Under the pieces are notes generated by a model. It saw only the letters and a program-made list of their open reading frames with translations, did not search any database and was not told the origin of the DNA. The position numbers were made by a program, and so were the translations under genes. Positions 30,763-41,876 of a stretch of 64,000 bases of DNA are shown in pieces (position 1 is the stretch's first letter; each line of letters begins with the position of its first letter). Source of the DNA: a virus. Its lineage: Duplodnaviria > Caudoviricetes. The DNA is taken from positions 147,725 to 211,724 of the IMG/VR virus record IMGVR_UViG_3300017780_003104; one strand, written 5' to 3'.

Positions 30763-30953
30763 ATGCGAAACTTTGCAACATACATGGAGATGGCGTATCC
30801 GTCACCCCTTTCATTTCCCAATTTGAGAACATAGGTTCATATGCTGTGAAAGTGAAATACGCCACGGAACATCTCCAACGAATCGCGGCTGGTTCGTCTA
30901 GGGTTATCTTCAAGATAGATTACGAGAAAGTGCTTAAGGTTGCTAAGAATTAG
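30763..30953 (+). pseudogene. frameshifted, truncated remnant of a kinase-like phage gene
   Basis: MRNFATYMEMAYPS.. then shifted frame ..HLQRIAAGSSRVIFKIDYEKVLKVAKN*. Confidence 0.5.
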
Positions 30954-31393
30954 TCATCTCTTGTGGGAGAGTTGAGTCCATAGAACTCAGATATGAATTC
31001 CAGAAATTTCTTTTGTGATTGTGTTAGTTGTCTATCTTTTCTCCCCATCTCATATACAACAGAGGGATTGTTTATCACAACACGAACCCAACCCATTTCG
31101 AACATACAAGTATAAGTATAAGGTAATCTTTCGTGACCTTTGACGCCTTTATCGAGTAGATATTTTAAAGTTTTATGTGCGATTTGATCGATACCGCTAG
31201 CATGTCCAAATGGTTTTACTTGTAAGAAATTACCACTCCTATCCACCCAAAATCCATAAGGAGCATCATCGGGTAAATCTCGAACGGATGTTGACATACC
31301 CAACACTTCGCGTGGGATAGTATCCACGATATGCTCCACCAAGGTATATATCTTCATGTAGGTTTCAAATAGCTTGTCAAATATCATATACAT
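30950..31393 (-). CDS. hypothetical protein
   Basis: PYGFWVDRSGNF..H..GWVRV pattern. Confidence 0.65.
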   Translation of the reverse strand: MYMIFDKLFETYMKIYTLVEHIVDTIPREVLGMSTSVRDLPDDAPYGFWVDRSGNFLQVKPFGHASGIDQIAHKTLKYLLDKGVKGHERLPYTYTCMFEMGWVRVVINNPSVVYEMGRKDRQLTQSQKKFLEFISEFYGLNSPTRDD

Positions 31394-31419
31394 ATTTATT
31401 GAAATAGATAAATAATTGC

Positions 31420-33495
31420 ATGTATGTATCCCGTCATAATATAGGAAATCTTTACAGCAACATGATCTTGAAAGAGATGGATGAGCGTGTTGTCGATTAT
31501 CTTAATGAGAATTTGGATGAGTTACCGTTCGGTAACATATTCGGGGACGATCTTAGGATTTATCTACCCATCCACAAGGATCAAACCGCCAGAGATATTT
31601 TGAATACTCTGAAACGCATTAAAGATTACGAGGGATTGGACTTGCAGAAGGGGGAAGTTGTTCGTAAAATCAAACTTGATCCTAGACATGGTGGTGGTGA
31701 TGAGAAGGAGCAGAGAATGAATATAGGTTCCGCTATTTCCAAATTGAAGATATCCCTAGAAGAAAAGAAAAAGTATTTGGATTGGTTGGCACGTTATAAA
31801 GATAATATACAGGAATCTTTAGGAGAGCAAAAATATGGCATTATTATCACCAGAGCACCAATTGACGTTCTTAGAATGTCAGATCACGATAATATTCAAT
31901 CGTGTCATAGTGCCACTGGTTCATATTTTCAGTGTGCTGTTCAGGAAGCTATTAATGGTGGTGTGATTGCATATGTTGTAAATAATAATGAATTGTCCGA
32001 TGAGTTTGATGCTGGTAGAGGATTACAGGATGATGAACTGTTTTATGACGAGGATAGAAATAATTTAGGATTGCAACCCATATCACGTTTAAGAATTCGA
32101 AGACTGGCGGATAATGAAGGTATAGAGTTCGGTATTCCAGATACACGAATATATGGTGATACCACGATTCCGGGACTATATGAAACGGTTAAAGCCTTTC
32201 TACATGAAAAACAACCTGTTGATTTAGATGATTTCGGAAAACACGAATGGGAAAAAAGGGGAGGAACCTATTACGATAATCACATGGATGACTTGATAAA
32301 GAAATACTATGATATTGTGGGTGGTGACTGGAATTATCCCCACAACGCATCCGATAGGTCGGCAGAATCCCATAGAAATTACGAAATAAAAACACTAACC
32401 CAAAACTTAGAAGAGGAGTGTGAGGAGATAACGGATAGATATAATAATAGAATGACGTTTACAACAGTTGGATGCGATGTTCAAATTGATGATGACGTTT
32501 ATATCTTGGCGTGGGGAATATCAGAATTTGATGTTGGTAATTGGGGATTTCCAGAATTGCATGATATCAACTTTGCCATAGAATCCGACAGAGATGATAT
32601 GAAAAAGGCTCTACAAGGGGATTATGATGATGATATGATTTGGTCAGGACTTTTAAATTGGATTGAGAGGAAATCGGGTCTGGAACTTCAAGGTTTTGAG
32701 TTTTATAATGGTTCGATAAAATTATTCTATTATTCCGAGGATATATTCTTTCAATCGGGAGAGTATGACACCTTCTGTGATGAAGTGGAGTATTACGATA
32801 TAGAGCTAAGGAGGCAATTCGAAACACCCAATGATTGGATAGAAGTTTTTGTGGAATGTAACATCTTGAAAGATGAAACAAATGAAGGAGCACTCAATAA
32901 ATTAATTTCTAATATTCCAGATGATGATTTAGTGTATAGTAATACTTCGGATGATAGAAATGTCGAGTTCTCCTTGTTGTTGGATTCTCTCAAAGAAGAA
33001 TCTTTCGAAAAGTATACCGATCCAGATAGCATCTATAATACTATCCCATTTATTAAAGACAATGCCTATATTGGGGATTTGTTTGGGAAAATGTTGGACA
33101 ACTATATAGGCCAATATGATAAAGTTCGTCCAAGTAATACCCATCAACAAGAATTTAAATATTTCGTGGAAGCTTATTATCAGGTTAGGTTGATGGGAAA
33201 CAACAACATAACAAAATATGACATAACACGTATCTCAGTGGAATTCGATCCTGTGGTGTATCAGGGGAATACTTCTGATGGAAGTAGAACCATTTATATG
33301 AATCTAAAATTTGACGTTGAATCATTCAACGAGGAAAATGTTGACCTGATTATATTTCTATATAAGAACTTGGACGACTTACGGAATATGGCAACTCTGG
33401 CATATTTATCTGAGAATAGACACATCGTAACAGGAAGTCCCAGATACAAGAACCAATTCAATTCATTATTGAAGGTCTATGGCAAATTAATGTGA
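31420..33495 (+). CDS. large uncharacterised protein (paralogue of 59597-61555)
   Basis: ITRAPIDVLRMSD..SCHS..IAYVV..PISRLRI. Confidence 0.75.
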   Translation: MYVSRHNIGNLYSNMILKEMDERVVDYLNENLDELPFGNIFGDDLRIYLPIHKDQTARDILNTLKRIKDYEGLDLQKGEVVRKIKLDPRHGGGDEKEQRMNIGSAISKLKISLEEKKKYLDWLARYKDNIQESLGEQKYGIIITRAPIDVLRMSDHDNIQSCHSATGSYFQCAVQEAINGGVIAYVVNNNELSDEFDAGRGLQDDELFYDEDRNNLGLQPISRLRIRRLADNEGIEFGIPDTRIYGDTTIPGLYETVKAFLHEKQPVDLDDFGKHEWEKRGGTYYDNHMDDLIKKYYDIVGGDWNYPHNASDRSAESHRNYEIKTLTQNLEEECEEITDRYNNRMTFTTVGCDVQIDDDVYILAWGISEFDVGNWGFPELHDINFAIESDRDDMKKALQGDYDDDMIWSGLLNWIERKSGLELQGFEFYNGSIKLFYYSEDIFFQSGEYDTFCDEVEYYDIELRRQFETPNDWIEVFVECNILKDETNEGALNKLISNIPDDDLVYSNTSDDRNVEFSLLLDSLKEESFEKYTDPDSIYNTIPFIKDNAYIGDLFGKMLDNYIGQYDKVRPSNTHQQEFKYFVEAYYQVRLMGNNNITKYDITRISVEFDPVVYQGNTSDGSRTIYMNLKFDVESFNEENVDLIIFLYKNLDDLRNMATLAYLSENRHIVTGSPRYKNQFNSLLKVYGKLM

Positions 33496-33500
33496 TTATA

Positions 33501-33899
33501 TTAAACACTCTCAGATAAAATTTTCCAGTTGGTCATGTGCATTTCCTTAGCTATTACATCGTCATCTTGATATACTATAGCATAATGATTTTCTACCATA
33601 TATTTTGATAATGTTGTCTCATTTAGTGAGAAGTCTCCCAATACTCTACCAAATTTATCACGATCTATTACAGTTGTGATGATTTGAGTAGATCCTATAG
33701 GTATCAATTTCTCTACAATACTTTTAGATAATAACCCCCATCTTTTCTCTATAAGGTCTTTAGTTCTCGTTTCCGGTGCATCGATTCCATTTACACGAAT
33801 AGATATGTCATGAAGCCACGCCCTAAATCCTAGATCTATATCAACCACCACAGTATCACCATCTTTAATATCAGTTATTATACATTTATACGTATACAT
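33501..33899 (-). CDS. staphylococcal nuclease (SNase/thermonuclease) homologue
   Basis: DGDTV, IRVNGIDAPE, DKFGRVLG. Confidence 0.88.
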   Translation of the reverse strand: MYTYKCIITDIKDGDTVVVDIDLGFRAWLHDISIRVNGIDAPETRTKDLIEKRWGLLSKSIVEKLIPIGSTQIITTVIDRDKFGRVLGDFSLNETTLSKYMVENHYAIVYQDDDVIAKEMHMTNWKILSESV

Positions 33900-33913
33900 T
33901 GATATTATTTAAC

Positions 33914-34210
33914 TTATAATCTCTCAAGATTCACCTTACGATTTACAAGTTCAACCAAAACATCTCCATGACAAGGATTTGGTTTACACCAACACCCTAA
34001 GACTTTTCCTTGAAGTTCTGGTAATTTTTTCAATAGTTCATCATTATTTAAAATATACTCTTTATATTTCTCGATAGATTCTTTACGAGTATTGACTTTA
34101 TATTTCGCTGTGGTGCTATCCTTACTACTATAAGGATTTCCCCATATAGTAGTTCTATCAATTTTTACATCATACGATTCTTTGTTCATATGAACAACTC
34201 TAGTTTCCAT
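33914..34210 (-). CDS. DUF4326-family protein
   Basis: IDRTTIWGNPY..LQGKVLGCWCKPNPCHGDVL. Confidence 0.88.
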   Translation of the reverse strand: METRVVHMNKESYDVKIDRTTIWGNPYSSKDSTTAKYKVNTRKESIEKYKEYILNNDELLKKLPELQGKVLGCWCKPNPCHGDVLVELVNRKVNLERL

Positions 34211-34258
34211 ACTATAATTATATTACATCATGGGTCGATGTCAATATCATGACCGTAT

Positions 34259-35281
34259 CTATCGAACTTGCATCAGTTGGAATATACGTTGTTTATGATA
34301 TGGGTGTAATGTTGAGAAGTATTGTAGCAAAGCAGCCCACGTTTCGTCAGGATCACTCAACCCATAAGCACCAGTGAATTGAATTAACTTTGATAGTTTT
34401 TCACGAACATCCGGTTTCTTAACTAGCCCAGATTGGATAGTGTGTTTGATGTCGTTCCCAAACAATCTAGACATATCTAGATTGGAAATAGAAGACTTAA
34501 CATAATCATAATTTTGGGTTTCAATACCTTTTTCAAAAATATTAGATATCTGAGCGGATATATCATTTATTGTTTTTGCATCTATAACTATAGATAAATT
34601 CCCCAGTTTATCTATATAATTACGTAATGTCTTATTAATAATAGTTTTGTAATCTATATTTTGATTAGGTGATTGAACGATAGTAGAAAACATAGACATT
34701 AATATATCTGTAAATTTATTAAAGACTTTATTTGGATCTTCTTTGAAGTAATCGTATGGTAATTTATCGACATTCGAATGCACAAGTGCTTCATGGTATT
34801 GTGTGATTGCATTCCTGAAAGCCTTTCCATTATTAAACATCCATATATGTCCCCATTCGTGGACTATAGTTTCGGTTAATTTTGGAATATATTTCTCTGG
34901 ATTTTTGCCAAGTCCCTTCACGAATAAATAATTAAGACCTATGGATTTTAATTGTTTATAATCCTTCTGTGCTGTTGGATTCCCATGAGCAAGCCCAGCA
35001 ACAAATGATCCTGCTGCTCGATTCCCTGCTGCTATGTCCATATCTTTGAATACTACATTTGTATGCATCGACGGAAACCCCATCTTCTGAATTTGCGTTC
35101 TAGCGTCAGAAAAACAATCTCTAATTGTGTCTTGATAATAGTCGAACCCTAGATTATAATCCTTTGGGACCGACTTATCCAGAAATAGAGAAAACATCGG
35201 AAGATCCATTTTGTGGATTAATTTTTGGGACTTTCTAAATTTCCCACCTTCTGTAAGGATATATTCTTTAAACGATAACAT
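34259..35281 (-). CDS. putative zinc metallopeptidase-motif protein
   Basis: IVHEWGH and distal DETWA; N-terminus MLSFKEYILTE. Confidence 0.6.
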   Translation of the reverse strand: MLSFKEYILTEGGKFRKSQKLIHKMDLPMFSLFLDKSVPKDYNLGFDYYQDTIRDCFSDARTQIQKMGFPSMHTNVVFKDMDIAAGNRAAGSFVAGLAHGNPTAQKDYKQLKSIGLNYLFVKGLGKNPEKYIPKLTETIVHEWGHIWMFNNGKAFRNAITQYHEALVHSNVDKLPYDYFKEDPNKVFNKFTDILMSMFSTIVQSPNQNIDYKTIINKTLRNYIDKLGNLSIVIDAKTINDISAQISNIFEKGIETQNYDYVKSSISNLDMSRLFGNDIKHTIQSGLVKKPDVREKLSKLIQFTGAYGLSDPDETWAALLQYFSTLHPYHKQRIFQLMQVR

Positions 35282-35331
35282 ATGTTAAATAGTATATCTT
35301 TATTTATCAAACTTATTAAATATTAACAACA

Positions 35332-36819
35332 ATGAAAACATTCTCTAAATTCTTCAAGGAAAGCATCAACTACAATATGGATGACTTTTCGGATAAATGG
35401 AAAAATGCTATCTCATCTTCAGAAGAATTAAGAGTTGGTCTAGAATTGATGACCAAAATTATCTCATTGTTTCCAACGGGTGAGATATATATTGTTGGTG
35501 GTGTCCCTAGAGATTTACTTATGGGTAATGAAATAGATGATGTGGACATGGCGACCAACATACCATTCGAAGATTTATCAAAACATTTTGAATTGAGGAA
35601 TATATCCAAAAATGATTCACAACCCGTTTATACTATTCTGTATAATAATTATGCATTCGACTTAGCTAAGTTTAGAGAGGATACCCAAAGTGAGATGGGT
35701 AGACAAAGTAATGTATCGACTGAGGTTGATAGTTTTGAGACTGATACAAAACGTAGGGATATAACAATCAACAGTTTTGGCTTAGATCATAAAGGTAGAA
35801 TAGTTGACTATCAAGGAGGTTTACAGGACTTGCAGAACAAAGTGATTCGGGCCGTTGGTAATGCCAAGGAGCGATTCAAAGAGGATGCTACTAGAATCCT
35901 CCGAGTATTTCGTTTTGCTGCTAAGATGGATTTTGATATTGAAGAAGAAACACTACAAGCCGCAAAAGAATTGAAGCATCTTCTACAAAATCCTAATTTA
36001 ATTTCCCAAGAGAGTATTTCTCAAGAGATGTTTAAGGCAGCTAAATCTGGAAGAACACTATCTAATTTCCTACAAAAGTTGCAGGATGCTGGTATATTAC
36101 AAGATATACTACCAGAGTTTTTAGAGATGGAAGAAATGACCCACAATCCAATACATCATCCTGAAGGTGGTAGTAAAGTATTAGGACATATTCACGAATG
36201 TCTGAAGGTATCACCATACTCAGATCCAGTTATAAACTTAGCAGTGTTATTCCACGATTTTGGAAAAGCCACAACCAGAGGTGATAAAAATGGACAGTCC
36301 ACATATTATGGGCATGAAGCGGCGGGAGTTCCTATTGTTGAAAATATATTCAAACGATTGAGATTCTCTAAGCTTGGACCAAATGATAAGAAGAATATCT
36401 TAGCAGCAGTTGCGAGACATATGATGGTTCACAATTTAGATAACTTAAATCTTAAAACGTTGAGGAAGCTTATCCACGACCCATCATGGGAAACGGTAAA
36501 GGCTGTATCTTATTGTGACGAGGCATCTCGCGGTCCCGGTCTATTCGATAAACAAAAGTTCTTAGATAAGATCGAACTGGCAGAAAGTAAACTGAACACG
36601 ATTCCCGGTGGTGCAGATGCGCTTAAAAAGCAAGTATCCGCAATCGTGAATGGTAACATGTTAATGCAGTGGTTTCCACAACTCCAAAAGGACAAAACTC
36701 AGATTGGATTGTATTTACCCAAGCTACAAGATTGGGTCGCTGATATGTTACTCAACAATCAAGAAGTAACACAACAAATGGTTCATAAGAAAGTTAAACA
36801 AATGATTCCTAAATCTTAA
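35332..36819 (+). CDS. cca: CCA-adding tRNA nucleotidyltransferase with HD domain
   Basis: VGGVPRD, DVDMAT, RRDITINS, FKEDATRILRVFRFAAK, HHPEG, FHDFGK. Confidence 0.92.
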   Translation: MKTFSKFFKESINYNMDDFSDKWKNAISSSEELRVGLELMTKIISLFPTGEIYIVGGVPRDLLMGNEIDDVDMATNIPFEDLSKHFELRNISKNDSQPVYTILYNNYAFDLAKFREDTQSEMGRQSNVSTEVDSFETDTKRRDITINSFGLDHKGRIVDYQGGLQDLQNKVIRAVGNAKERFKEDATRILRVFRFAAKMDFDIEEETLQAAKELKHLLQNPNLISQESISQEMFKAAKSGRTLSNFLQKLQDAGILQDILPEFLEMEEMTHNPIHHPEGGSKVLGHIHECLKVSPYSDPVINLAVLFHDFGKATTRGDKNGQSTYYGHEAAGVPIVENIFKRLRFSKLGPNDKKNILAAVARHMMVHNLDNLNLKTLRKLIHDPSWETVKAVSYCDEASRGPGLFDKQKFLDKIELAESKLNTIPGGADALKKQVSAIVNGNMLMQWFPQLQKDKTQIGLYLPKLQDWVADMLLNNQEVTQQMVHKKVKQMIPKS

Positions 36820-37515
36820 AGATTGAATCCAGAAGACGATCTTCTGGTGTTTGTTTAAACACTTCTAAATTTTTAGGGATGTTTAAAATAGAATATGTCG
36901 ATTTCTGATAATTTTCACTGCCCCATGCGGTTTCGTGAGGGTTTGATATATCATCGACATATTCCCACACATTTAAGTCATTCCATAGAATGATTTGTTT
37001 AATCCCGGCCATGGATATGTATATGTAAAATATCCAATATGTGGTCAGCGAACCAACATATTGCAGATGAGTAAAAGGCTAATGATACCGCATGTCCAAG
37101 TGTGGATGTCCCAGAAAGAATCGCTTGTATATAACCAACGTGAAAGCCTATGCATAGTGAACATGATAATAATTTATTGAAGAATTTTATTTTTTTAAGT
37201 GGTGTTCTAACTATGTCCAATATTTCTCCATATTTTATTATGAAACAACATCCAATTAGAACGAAGCTTTGGAATATTAAATCAGCCAAGTATCAATTTC
37301 TCCCCGTCTAAAGTTCTTACACCATCCGAAACAAGTTTAGCTTCCTCTTTAGTAATCTCAACTTCTTTCCCGAAATCATCAGTGATTCTAACCATCCCAT
37401 TTCCAAGATCAGTTATAACTGGGCATCCTTTTTTACCACAACATAATCGTACGGTATTATCTGTTTCTCGTTTAATCATAGCTTCTATATTTAGCATTAA
37501 AGTATGAATATATTG

Positions 37516-38370
37516 TTACTTATTTATATATTTTTTACAAACGTTTCCGGGAATTTGTTGTCTAAATTGTAACCATCCTCTAAAATTGCCTGATATTCTA
37601 TCTAAGTTTTTAGATGGGGTTGCTTGATGCTCGAACGGGCTAGCATGGGCGGGTTTTGAATGAACCAATCTCTCGTAAATTCTCAAAGCTTTCTCGACTG
37701 ATTCATCTGATTTCCTATAGGACACTTGAGCACATAATGATGCGGATAATTTTATAGCATCTGTTAATGATATATCTAGTTCATGAAACGGAACAAATTC
37801 AGAATCTGGCATAATATTATATCCATCAACATATGGTAAATGCCACTCTCCAAGATTGAGTATATTTGGTTTGTTATTTGAGTATAGATCCCACATAATT
37901 CTAGCTAATTCGTGAATTTCTGGTTGGGCATCTGGGTGATTTCTCAAGTAGAAGAAATTATCCCAATCGGTCGAAGACGCAACTACCTTTATATGACTCC
38001 AAGGTTCTAATATTCTATTAGCTATTTGCTTGTGGACCTTAGTTCTCCCAAGAATCCATGCAAAAATACATACAATTTTGCCAGTCACATTCCATATAAA
38101 TTTAGCAGATTTTAAAGGAAACCCACGAAGATCTTCCTTAGCTTGCATACCACTTTGATTTTTACCCCAAGATACAGGTTCTGCTGGATTATTCCAAACT
38201 AATTTGATCATAGTTTGGAGTGGTATAGCTCTAGAACTGGCAGCATTTCTAGATAGCATCCGATGTGTCATAAACTCGCTGTGAATAAATCTCGGATACT
38301 CCAATTCAAAAGTTGTCAATCTTTTCCCATGCTTTGAAACACTATCTTTAATTATTTTTGCAGTAATCAT
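37516..38370 (-). CDS. thyX: flavin-dependent thymidylate synthase
   Basis: EFMTHRMLSRNAASSRAIP, HASPFEH. Confidence 0.88.
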   Translation of the reverse strand: MITAKIIKDSVSKHGKRLTTFELEYPRFIHSEFMTHRMLSRNAASSRAIPLQTMIKLVWNNPAEPVSWGKNQSGMQAKEDLRGFPLKSAKFIWNVTGKIVCIFAWILGRTKVHKQIANRILEPWSHIKVVASSTDWDNFFYLRNHPDAQPEIHELARIMWDLYSNNKPNILNLGEWHLPYVDGYNIMPDSEFVPFHELDISLTDAIKLSASLCAQVSYRKSDESVEKALRIYERLVHSKPAHASPFEHQATPSKNLDRISGNFRGWLQFRQQIPGNVCKKYINK

Positions 38371-38401
38371 TATTCTTATATTATATCAAAACTCTCCAAA
38401 G

Positions 38402-38782
38402 TCAAACACCTTTTTCGTAAATGTTTCCAATTTTCACGACACGACAAACATCACCGAATTTTTTAGTATTATCTAAAAAATGTTCGGATAAACAATCCCA
38501 GTCATCAAGCATCCATCTACCAAACGAATATTTTATTTCATACTCATCTGCCATGATGTTTGGATGATGAAAATACAACTTTACTATATCTCCTTCGAAA
38601 AGTTCTTGCCCATATAAATCATGCAGTTCCGTGGACCTCAACACCTTATATGAATTTTCGGGTGCTTCAAGAAGACCACCATCCATTATATCTTCGAAAT
38701 ATAATTTTCCGTATGGGTTTATATACCAGTTGCTACCATCTAAGTATCTACCTAATTTAGTTAACCATATTTTAAATTTCAT
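38402..38782 (-). CDS. YopX-family protein
   Basis: MKFKIW..STELHDLYGQELFEGDIV..KIGNIYE. Confidence 0.8.
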   Translation of the reverse strand: MKFKIWLTKLGRYLDGSNWYINPYGKLYFEDIMDGGLLEAPENSYKVLRSTELHDLYGQELFEGDIVKLYFHHPNIMADEYEIKYSFGRWMLDDWDCLSEHFLDNTKKFGDVCRVVKIGNIYEKGV

Positions 38783-39150
38783 ATTTTAATCTTTCCAACA
38801 ACTTCTACCTTAACGGTTGTAATTCCTCGTTTAACAAATCCTAATTTCTTAGCAACACCAATAGTTAAATCTATTATTCGTCCTCTTTTATATGGACCAC
38901 GATCAGTAATCTTTACAACTTCACTTTTTCCATTTTCTAGATTGGTAACTTTCACTAAAGTTCCAAATGGAAGAGTTTTATGGGCTGCTGTATTAGCATT
39001 ATTTTCAAGTTTATGACCACTTGCAGTGCGGATACCGCCATTACATTTAGTGGAATAGTGGGATGCTTTCCCAACTTCCATGGCATTTACTGTAGAAATT
39101 GGATATACTTGCGCGATTATAAACAAAATGGGGATAATTAATATTCTCAT
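38779..39150 (-). CDS. rlpA: RlpA-like (DPBB) lytic transglycosylase
   Basis: GKASHY, TAAHKTLPFGTLVKVTN, DRGPY, RIIDL. Confidence 0.9.
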   Translation of the reverse strand: MRILIIPILFIIAQVYPISTVNAMEVGKASHYSTKCNGGIRTASGHKLENNANTAAHKTLPFGTLVKVTNLENGKSEVVKITDRGPYKRGRIIDLTIGVAKKLGFVKRGITTVKVEVVGKIKI

Positions 39151-39219
39151 TGGCCTATTTAATCATAATTTCGATATTTGTCAACTGTATTGGGTAAATA
39201 TTAACACACTTACTACACA

Positions 39220-39564
39220 ATGATAGCAGATAAAAAAGATGAATATGAGGTAAAAACGGAAATTGCGGGATGGTCATTAAAACTATCTGGATTTGTGATG
39301 TCTATTGCTATAGTATTATCTTCTTGGTTCTTAAATCAAGCATGGGACAGGATAAATTTAATCGAACATACAGTTAAAGTATTAGAACTATCTGATGCTA
39401 AACATGATAGTAGCACCATCTCATCTTATGATTTCGGCAAATATAAGGAAGCTCTAGATCATAAATCATATGAATTAGATCGTAGAATCACTAGACTTGA
39501 AGAATCATTACCCGTAATTAAAGATACTCTATTGGAGATTAAAAATACAATTAGATTAAAATGA
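39220..39564 (+). CDS. membrane-anchored coiled-coil protein (lysis cassette)
   Basis: single N-terminal TM plus coiled coil. Confidence 0.55.
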   Translation: MIADKKDEYEVKTEIAGWSLKLSGFVMSIAIVLSSWFLNQAWDRINLIEHTVKVLELSDAKHDSSTISSYDFGKYKEALDHKSYELDRRITRLEESLPVIKDTLLEIKNTIRLK

Positions 39565-40283
39565 ATAAGAGAAAATATACTCTTCGTAATAGAAGATTGT
39601 CGATAATATCGGTATTAATACCATGCTGTTTATTATTTGGGTGCGCTAAAGATATAACACCTTCACTAATAATTCAAACACCCCCAAAGACAGAAAGCGC
39701 AATCCCCCATTTCAAGAAGGTTGAAAACGGAATAGATAGGAGTATCCAATCAAATACTAAAATTGATAGTAAGATAAAAGAGCAGAAGGGCGCACTTCTA
39801 GATCAAAAAATAGTAATCGAAGAAACGATAACTAAAATTGAGAGATTGGTCGAACAAGTTACTGCACATAAGACAATCCAAGAAATAGATGCCATCGATA
39901 TTTTAAATTCTATTAAAACTATTCACACTAGAAATCTTTTCTTAGAAACCCAAAACAATGAATTGACTCAAATTTTATCAGAACAAGAAGGAATTCTAAA
40001 AATGACCAAGGAGGATGCATCCATAACCTATAGAAAATTAATAGATAAAGAAGAAGAAGTTAATAGATTGCGAGAATTGAATAAATTAATAGCAAATAAT
40101 TTAGTTGCTAAAGATAATGACATTAGAACTTTACAAAATTCTCTCCAAAAGGAGAAGATTAATTCAGCAAGAGCGAATGTTTATAGAAATTGGGTATATG
40201 GATTAGCTGGAAGTTTTATTGCGTGGTTAATTATCAAAAATATACTTATGGTATATTTTCCTCTGGCAAGATTTAGAATTTAA
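39561..40283 (+). CDS. putative spanin-like lipoprotein with C-terminal TM
   Basis: lipobox LFG-C, long coiled coil, C-terminal hydrophobic helix. Confidence 0.5.
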   Translation: MNKRKYTLRNRRLSIISVLIPCCLLFGCAKDITPSLIIQTPPKTESAIPHFKKVENGIDRSIQSNTKIDSKIKEQKGALLDQKIVIEETITKIERLVEQVTAHKTIQEIDAIDILNSIKTIHTRNLFLETQNNELTQILSEQEGILKMTKEDASITYRKLIDKEEEVNRLRELNKLIANNLVAKDNDIRTLQNSLQKEKINSARANVYRNWVYGLAGSFIAWLIIKNILMVYFPLARFRI

Positions 40284-40295
40284 CTAAATAGTAAT

Positions 40296-40652
40296 ATGGA
40301 TACAAATAACACACCACCAGATAATAATACTGGAGTTAAAAGAGATTGGTTAATTGCGGGCGGTTCGGCTGCTGGATTTTTCGCACTATTGAAAGGTGCT
40401 GGTTGGGTTGATGATAAATTCGATTTCGCTGCAATATTTAATGTGATAGATATCACACTTATAGCAGCCAAGGTTGCATTCGCTTCAGCTTTAGCTTGGA
40501 CTGTTAAGAAATTTATTTTTAGAAATACACTAGGTAAAGATTTTGGAGAAACTTTCGACACTGGCTGGGATAAAATCTCAAGTGATGAAAAAGTAAGGTG
40601 GATATTAATAATGTTTATTGTTATATTCTCCACAGTTATGTTCAACTTCTAA
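40296..40652 (+). CDS. putative holin
   Basis: 3 TM segments, immediately upstream of endolysin. Confidence 0.55.
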   Translation: MDTNNTPPDNNTGVKRDWLIAGGSAAGFFALLKGAGWVDDKFDFAAIFNVIDITLIAAKVAFASALAWTVKKFIFRNTLGKDFGETFDTGWDKISSDEKVRWILIMFIVIFSTVMFNF

Positions 40653-41362
40653 TGAAGAAATTTATAATATTTCTGTTATTAACATTAACTGTTAATGCTG
40701 GTCCAAATGATATAATATCAGATGGTTTAAGTTTGCAGATTTCTCAGAAATCTGTAGATCATATTATATATTATGAAGTTGGCGGTAGATCGTATTATAA
40801 TTCCAATTATACTAGACCGATGGTACCAGCTTGGAGGACAACTGCGAGTGGTGTCACTGTAGGGTTTGGGTTTGATTTAGGATACAACACCCCATCTCAA
40901 ATTCAAAAAGCATTTGATGGCATATTATCACCATCTGAAATCAAAGCTATGCAAGAAGTATCCGGTTTAAAAGGTAGAGATGCATATTACAATGGATTGG
41001 CAAAAGTTAAATATATAATTAAATTATCTTATGAGCAATCAGAAGAGGTATTTAAACGTGATAGTTTGCCAAGATTCACCAAACAAACAGCTGATGCATT
41101 TAATCTCACACCAACTAGATTATCCCCACACTCTAATGGGGCATTGACATCATTAGTGTTTAATCGTGGACCATCACTGGCTAATACAGACTCTAGAAAA
41201 GAAATGAGATGGATAAAGTATAATATATCAATCGGTCAAGAATCTAAAGTTCCATCTGATATAAAATCCATGAAACGTCTTTGGAGTTATACAAAACTCA
41301 AAGGATTACATCTTAGACGAGATGCCGAAGCTTCATTATTTTCTGATGGATTGTCTAAGTGA
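40652..41362 (+). CDS. lysozyme-fold (pesticin/T4L-like) endolysin with signal peptide
   Basis: ATG at 40652 MKKFIIFLLL; SGVTVGFGFDLG, ALTSLVFNRG, GLHLRRDAEA. Confidence 0.8.
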   Translation: MKKFIIFLLLTLTVNAGPNDIISDGLSLQISQKSVDHIIYYEVGGRSYYNSNYTRPMVPAWRTTASGVTVGFGFDLGYNTPSQIQKAFDGILSPSEIKAMQEVSGLKGRDAYYNGLAKVKYIIKLSYEQSEEVFKRDSLPRFTKQTADAFNLTPTRLSPHSNGALTSLVFNRGPSLANTDSRKEMRWIKYNISIGQESKVPSDIKSMKRLWSYTKLKGLHLRRDAEASLFSDGLSK

Positions 41363-41680
41363 CTTTCCCCTCACAAGTTCTCTAATTTCAGTTTTAACTA
41401 AAATACCACGCTTGTCCCATATTTCGACAAGTTTTGAAATATCAGGAATGTGATATGATTCAAATATACATTCCACTAATGATCCAATAGAAGCACCATC
41501 ATCGTTATATCTCAACTCATAACAATCAACACATGTTTTATATGATGATCCTTGATTGTCCCAAACACCGGAACAATAATGATATCTTTCTTTATATAAA
41601 ATAGTCCCACGACATTCACAACATTTGTGGGGTTTTCTAGACACTCTCCATTTTTCACAGTAAGCTTGTGGGTATTCCAT
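41336..41680 (-). CDS. zinc-finger phage protein
   Basis: RKPHKCCEC..YKTCVDC. Confidence 0.65.
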   Translation of the reverse strand: MEYPQAYCEKWRVSRKPHKCCECRGTILYKERYHYCSGVWDNQGSSYKTCVDCYELRYNDDGASIGSLVECIFESYHIPDISKLVEIWDKRGILVKTEIRELVRGKSLRQSIRK

Positions 41681-41715
41681 GAGTCTAGAATAGACTGATT
41701 TTTGAATTTGTCAAG

Positions 41716-41786
41716 AGTCCCGTGAGGTAATCGAAACCCCAACTGCGAATTTGCAATCCGCCGCCTTACCATTTGACCAACGAGAC
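41716..41786 (-). tRNA. tRNA-Cys(GCA)
   Basis: gcgga-TTGCAAA-ttcgc. Confidence 0.9.
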
Positions 41787-41792
41787 TTTATG

Positions 41793-41864
41793 CAGGTCCA
41801 CTACGAATCGAACGCAGATTTTCTGGTTTGGAATCAGAAGTATTAACCGTTATACGATGGACCT
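41793..41864 (-). tRNA. tRNA-Trp(CCA)
   Basis: loop TTCCAAA, G73. Confidence 0.85.
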
Positions 41865-41876
41865 ATTTTATTTATG

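Noticed and set aside
30763-30953. Amber-readthrough gene explaining the suppressor tRNA
   Set aside because: It also needs a frameshift, and the sequence after the final TAG does not continue the expected protein; best read as a pseudogene.
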